Assembly: GCA_905178155.1 (NCBI GenBank)
Contig: CAJINV010000002.1
Span: 10,272,146-10,336,145 of the forward strand
Source: Amoebophrya sp. A120
Lineage: Eukaryota > Protista > Dinoflagellata
DNA: 64,000 bases
Reading direction: 5' to 3'
Shown: positions 60,121 through 64,000 of the stretch, in pieces
Layout of the letters: the number at the start of each line of letters is the position of its first letter
How positions within the stretch are numbered: the stretch's first letter is position 1
Notes under the pieces: model-generated
The model's database searches: none
Told to the model about the DNA's origin: nothing
Seen by the model: the letters and a program-made list of their open reading frames with translations, nothing else
Made by a program: the position numbers and the translations under genes

Positions 60121-60397
60121 TCATATCTTATCTCTTCTCTTGCACACCGTGCAACACAAAATCGGCTTCAACGGGATGTTGCTCGCTTTCGACGGGCTGT
60201 TCGGTAAAACGGATGCTCCTTGGCTGTTTTTCTCACCCGCATTCTTATCTCTTCTCCTGCACACCGTGCAACACAAAACCGGCTTCAACACTTTTCCCCA
60301 AAGAATTTCCTTCACGACAACACTCACGACGAATTGCAACCCAGTATTCACATACACGAAATCGGTAAATTTGTCCAAATAGCTCACCGTCTTCGTC
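60121..60397 (-). pseudogene. Orphan 3' exon fragment (hydrophobic helix plus duplicated LKPxLCCTVCxRRDK), repeated at 61112-61388 and 62103-62379
   Basis: Open frame TKTVSYLDKFTDFVYVNTGLQFVVSVVVKEILW... directly abuts a family A element whose other end and upstream exon are missing. Confidence 0.45.
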
Positions 60398-60642
60398 TAT
60401 CAAATGCAAACATGCCTGGGTCTGGAAAGTTGGAACTTGTAATGCTGGCGTTACATTCCTGCGAAATCTGTATTGCATGACCAACAAAAGCGGCAGCCTC
60501 TCTTGTCATACAAGAACGCTGTTTCTGATGCGGAATTCGGATTTGATAAAACGTTCTGCAAACTTGTCATGCTTTACTGGATAAGAAAATGGTTCCATCA
60601 CGCACATTTTAGCATCACAAATTTCCAGACCCAGACATATTT
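60398..60642. mobile_element. Truncated family A introner; further copies at 61389-61633 and 62380-62624
   Basis: Left TIR TATCAAATGCAAACATGCCTGGGTCTGGAA is intact. The right TIR stops at TTCCAGACCCAGACATATTT, and there is no second TSD. Confidence 0.85.
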
Positions 60643-63389
60643 AGCATCACAAAAATTTTAGCATCACAAATTTCCAGTGCTGTCAAAGTCTACTGACACG
60701 GAACTTCTGGAAATCGACCGATACAGACGCGGTTTCACGAAATTGAATCTCCGCGATTCAAAGGGAGGCCGCTAAACGGTTTTAGAGAGGTCTTACAAGA
60801 CCCTTACAAATGCACGCCGTAGCATCGCGCTTAGAGTTTTACGAGACCCCTTTTAAAGGGGTCCCCTAAACGGAATCGCGATGGTGTCGTTGCTTTTTGA
60901 AAAAAACACATCATAGCACCGCGATCATTAGTGAAAAACCAAATTGGGATCTCATTTAGATTATCACATTCATAATCTGCCACGTGGTGACGCGCGGAAG
61001 CTGTGGACAACGGAGGACCAAAACGGAGTCGATTCAGGATGGATATGTGCCTATTTGCTGTCTTAATAAAGATTTTTTTGAATTATTGAAGTCATAATCC
61101 TCCAGACCATCTCATATCTTATCTCTTCTCTTGCACACCGTGCAACACAAAATCGGCTTCAACGGGATGTTGCTCGCTTTCGACGGGCTGTTCGGTAAAA
61201 CGGATGCTCCTTGGCTGTTTTTCTCACCCGCATTCTTATCTCTTCTCCTGCACACCGTGCAACACAAAACCGGCTTCAACACTTTTCCCCAAAGAATTTC
61301 CTTCACGACAACACTCACGACGAATTGCAACCCAGTATTCACATACACGAAATCGGTAAATTTGTCCAAATAGCTCACCGTCTTCGTCTATCAAATGCAA
61401 ACATGCCTGGGTCTGGAAAGTTGGAACTTGTAATGCTGGCGTTACATTCCTGCGAAATCTGTATTGCATGACCAACAAAAGCGGCAGCCTCTCTTGTCAT
61501 ACAAGAACGCTGTTTCTGATGCGGAATTCGGATTTGATAAAACGTTCTGCAAACTTGTCATGCTTTACTGGATAAGAAAATGGTTCCATCACGCACATTT
61601 TAGCATCACAAATTTCCAGACCCAGACATATTTAGCATCACAAAAATTTTAGCATCACAAATTTCCAGTGCTGTCAAAGTCTACTGACACGGAACTTCTG
61701 GAAATCGACCGATACAGACGCGGTTTCACGAAATTGAATCTCCGCGATTCAAAGGGAGGCCGCTAAACGGTTTTAGAGAGGTCTTACAAGACCCTTACAA
61801 ATGCACGCCGTAGCATCGCGCTTAGAGTTTTACGAGACCCCTTTTAAAGGGGTCCCCTAAACGGAATCGCGATGGTGTCGTTGCTTTTTGAAAAAAACAC
61901 ATCATAGCACCGCGATCATTAGTGAAAAACCAAATTGGGATCTCATTTAGATTATCACATTCATAATCTGCCACGTGGTGACGCGCGGAAGCTGTGGACA
62001 ACGGAGGACCAAAACGGAGTCGATTCAGGATGGATATGTGCCTATTTGCTGTCTTAATAAAGATTTTTTTGAATTATTGAAGTCATAATCCTCCAGACCA
62101 TCTCATATCTTATCTCTTCTCTTGCACACCGTGCAACACAAAATCGGCTTCAACGGGATGTTGCTCGCTTTCGACGGGCTGTTCGGTAAAACGGATGCTC
62201 CTTGGCTGTTTTTCTCACCCGCATTCTTATCTCTTCTCCTGCACACCGTGCAACACAAAACCGGCTTCAACACTTTTCCCCAAAGAATTTCCTTCACGAC
62301 AACACTCACGACGAATTGCAACCCAGTATTCACATACACGAAATCGGTAAATTTGTCCAAATAGCTCACCGTCTTCGTCTATCAAATGCAAACATGCCTG
62401 GGTCTGGAAAGTTGGAACTTGTAATGCTGGCGTTACATTCCTGCGAAATCTGTATTGCATGACCAACAAAAGCGGCAGCCTCTCTTGTCATACAAGAACG
62501 CTGTTTCTGATGCGGAATTCGGATTTGATAAAACGTTCTGCAAACTTGTCATGCTTTACTGGATAAGAAAATGGTTCCATCACGCACATTTTAGCATCAC
62601 AAATTTCCAGACCCAGACATATTTAGCATCACAAAAATTTTAGCATCACAAATTTCCAGTGCTGTCAAAGTCTACTGACACGGAACTTCTGCTAGTGAAA
62701 TGCAAATCTCTGCCATTCCATTTTCCACATCGCAGGGGCTTTTTTTCCGCATCGTGTTGTACTTGTTTCATGCGACGGGTTGCGAAAATGGCTATGGCAT
62801 CAACGGCGCTCAATCAGATTCAGAAAACGAACAACAAAAACTTGGACTTTTCAGGTACTGCGGTATGGGGTTAATCACGTTGGCAATCTTGTTTGACGAG
62901 ATGGAGTAACGGTGCCAATCGGGGGAGGTACGGACAGCAGCATCAGCTTCCGATTTCGAAAAAAATTGACGAATCTTGAATCGAAAGTGAACTAAGCCAG
63001 ATGTTGTGGTGAAAAACCAAGTAGAAAAATCCGGATAGATTCATTGTTTCCAAAAGCAAAAGAATAAAACTCAAATAAACTAGAACTAGTGCTTCAGATG
63101 AACTTGTAGCAGTCTTATTTCAACAAGATGAAAGGTTCCAACCTACACCAGGTATTGATTCATTGATTCGTATCTGTCGATGAGCTACGTTTTTGACATC
63201 TTCTATACTTGTGAGAAAGTTTCTGTTTCGACGATGAACTTGATAGCCTAGTCGACTAATTTCGTCACGGTCGCAAAACAAAAACTCCCAAAGTTGGCGC
63301 CCTCCAAGGAATCTTTTAAAGTGCCCAAGGTACACCGACGTCTGCTTTGTATGGATTTTTTGTATTGCAACTGCAACCTTTGATCCTTC

Positions 63390-63428
63390 TGCTGTCAAAG
63401 TCTACTGACACGGAACTTCTGCTAGTGA
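63390..63428. repeat. Fifth copy of the junction motif (39-bp identity to 62660-62698); a degenerate copy lies at 57080-57110
   Basis: TGCTGTCAAAGTCTACTGACACGGAACTTCTGCTAGTGA; at 57080 the sequence is TGTCACAGTCTACTGACACGGAACTTGTGCT. Confidence 0.9.
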
Positions 63429-64000
63429 GATAATTCTAAGTGATAAAATCTTCCAAGAAAAAAGAGACTCAGTGTCAGCTTTGCTTCCATACAAACTTCA
63501 TCTCTCAGGAATTAACATCGCCAAACAAAGTAGGGCGGGAAAAAAAATAGAGTTGAGTCAGGAAAAACGGAGTACGTGCCAAAAGGCGGGAAAAGTCTGA
63601 CTATTCACAAACAGTCTGCACAAAACCAAAAGCTCAACTTGCTTCGACATAAGGAAGTGCTATAATCTTGTTGCTGTGCTCCAAAAAAAAACCACTTCGC
63701 TGTGTGCGAGGTGGCGAATGAACACACGAAAGGACGCATTTGCTGTTCACTCGAATCTACTTTCCCGGTTGCTCTCTAGAAGAAGCAAAACCGCGCCCGT
63801 CCCCATGCGAAGCCCACGACACCTTCTGCCTACGCAAAGGTTCGCCGTGCGCGGCTCCGTTTCAATTGTTTCAATGCCCGCTCGGAAGGTTTTGATGTTT
63901 CTACGTATCGAGAAGGATGACAAGGCGCACTCGCGGTGCAAAGTGAAAGGCACAGTTGAGCAGTTGTTCACGAATTGATGCCTTTCCATCTTCCCTATCG

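Larger units (their letters stand above)
59689..62691. repeat. Tandem array: three 991-bp near-identical units bounded by a 30-bp motif
   Basis: CTGTCAAAGTCTACTGACACGGAACTTCTG starts at 59689, 60680, 61671 and 62662. The ORF tracks repeat exactly at +991. Confidence 0.95.

Noticed and set aside
60121-60397. Pentameric ligand-gated channel M2-M3 fragment (KTVSYLDKFTD)
   Set aside because: The resemblance is too short to support without a profile search; kept only as an orphan exon.
62782-62797. Dinoflagellate spliced-leader relic (CCATAGCCATTTTCGC on the minus strand)
   Set aside because: Only 14 of 16 bases match part of DinoSL, the TCAAG end is missing, and no SL-RNA donor follows.
59689-63428. 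CRISPR array
   Set aside because: Spacers are about 700-960 bp, three are identical, the context is eukaryotic, and no cas-like ORF is present.

Overview
This is eukaryotic, gene-dense DNA. Every recognisable gene from 1 to about 57000 lies on the minus strand. Together with the unusual introns, this suggests the parasitic dinoflagellate Amoebophrya (Syndiniales); that assignment is an inference. Genes: a CEP164-like WW protein, an alpha2delta-like vWA membrane protein, a ~2130-aa Pumilio protein, a PAN/apple membrane protein, a thioredoxin-UBL-PNGase-jacalin fusion, PNKP, a CCCH zinc-finger protein, a GAR/Gas2-like protein and MO25. The main signal is 13 short (209-408 bp) insertions from 5 TIR families, all inside coding sequence. 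Each runs TAT...ATA, has ~30-bp terminal inverted repeats and an exact 5-bp target duplication. Removing the element plus one duplication copy restores the reading frame, although 8 of the 13 offer no frame-preserving GT-AG. Four of the five families share a TAT-N7-AAAAA end code, four share an internal GCATNACAA motif, and family A occurs in both orientations. Also present: a 1.6-kb intronic TIR element with two long hairpins, a 1.28-kb element flanked by a 51-bp exon duplication that forms an exact GT-AG intron, a SINE-like insert nested in an introner, and a cassette-like array (59689-63428) in which a 30-39-bp motif separates three 991-bp units and one unrelated 730-bp unit.
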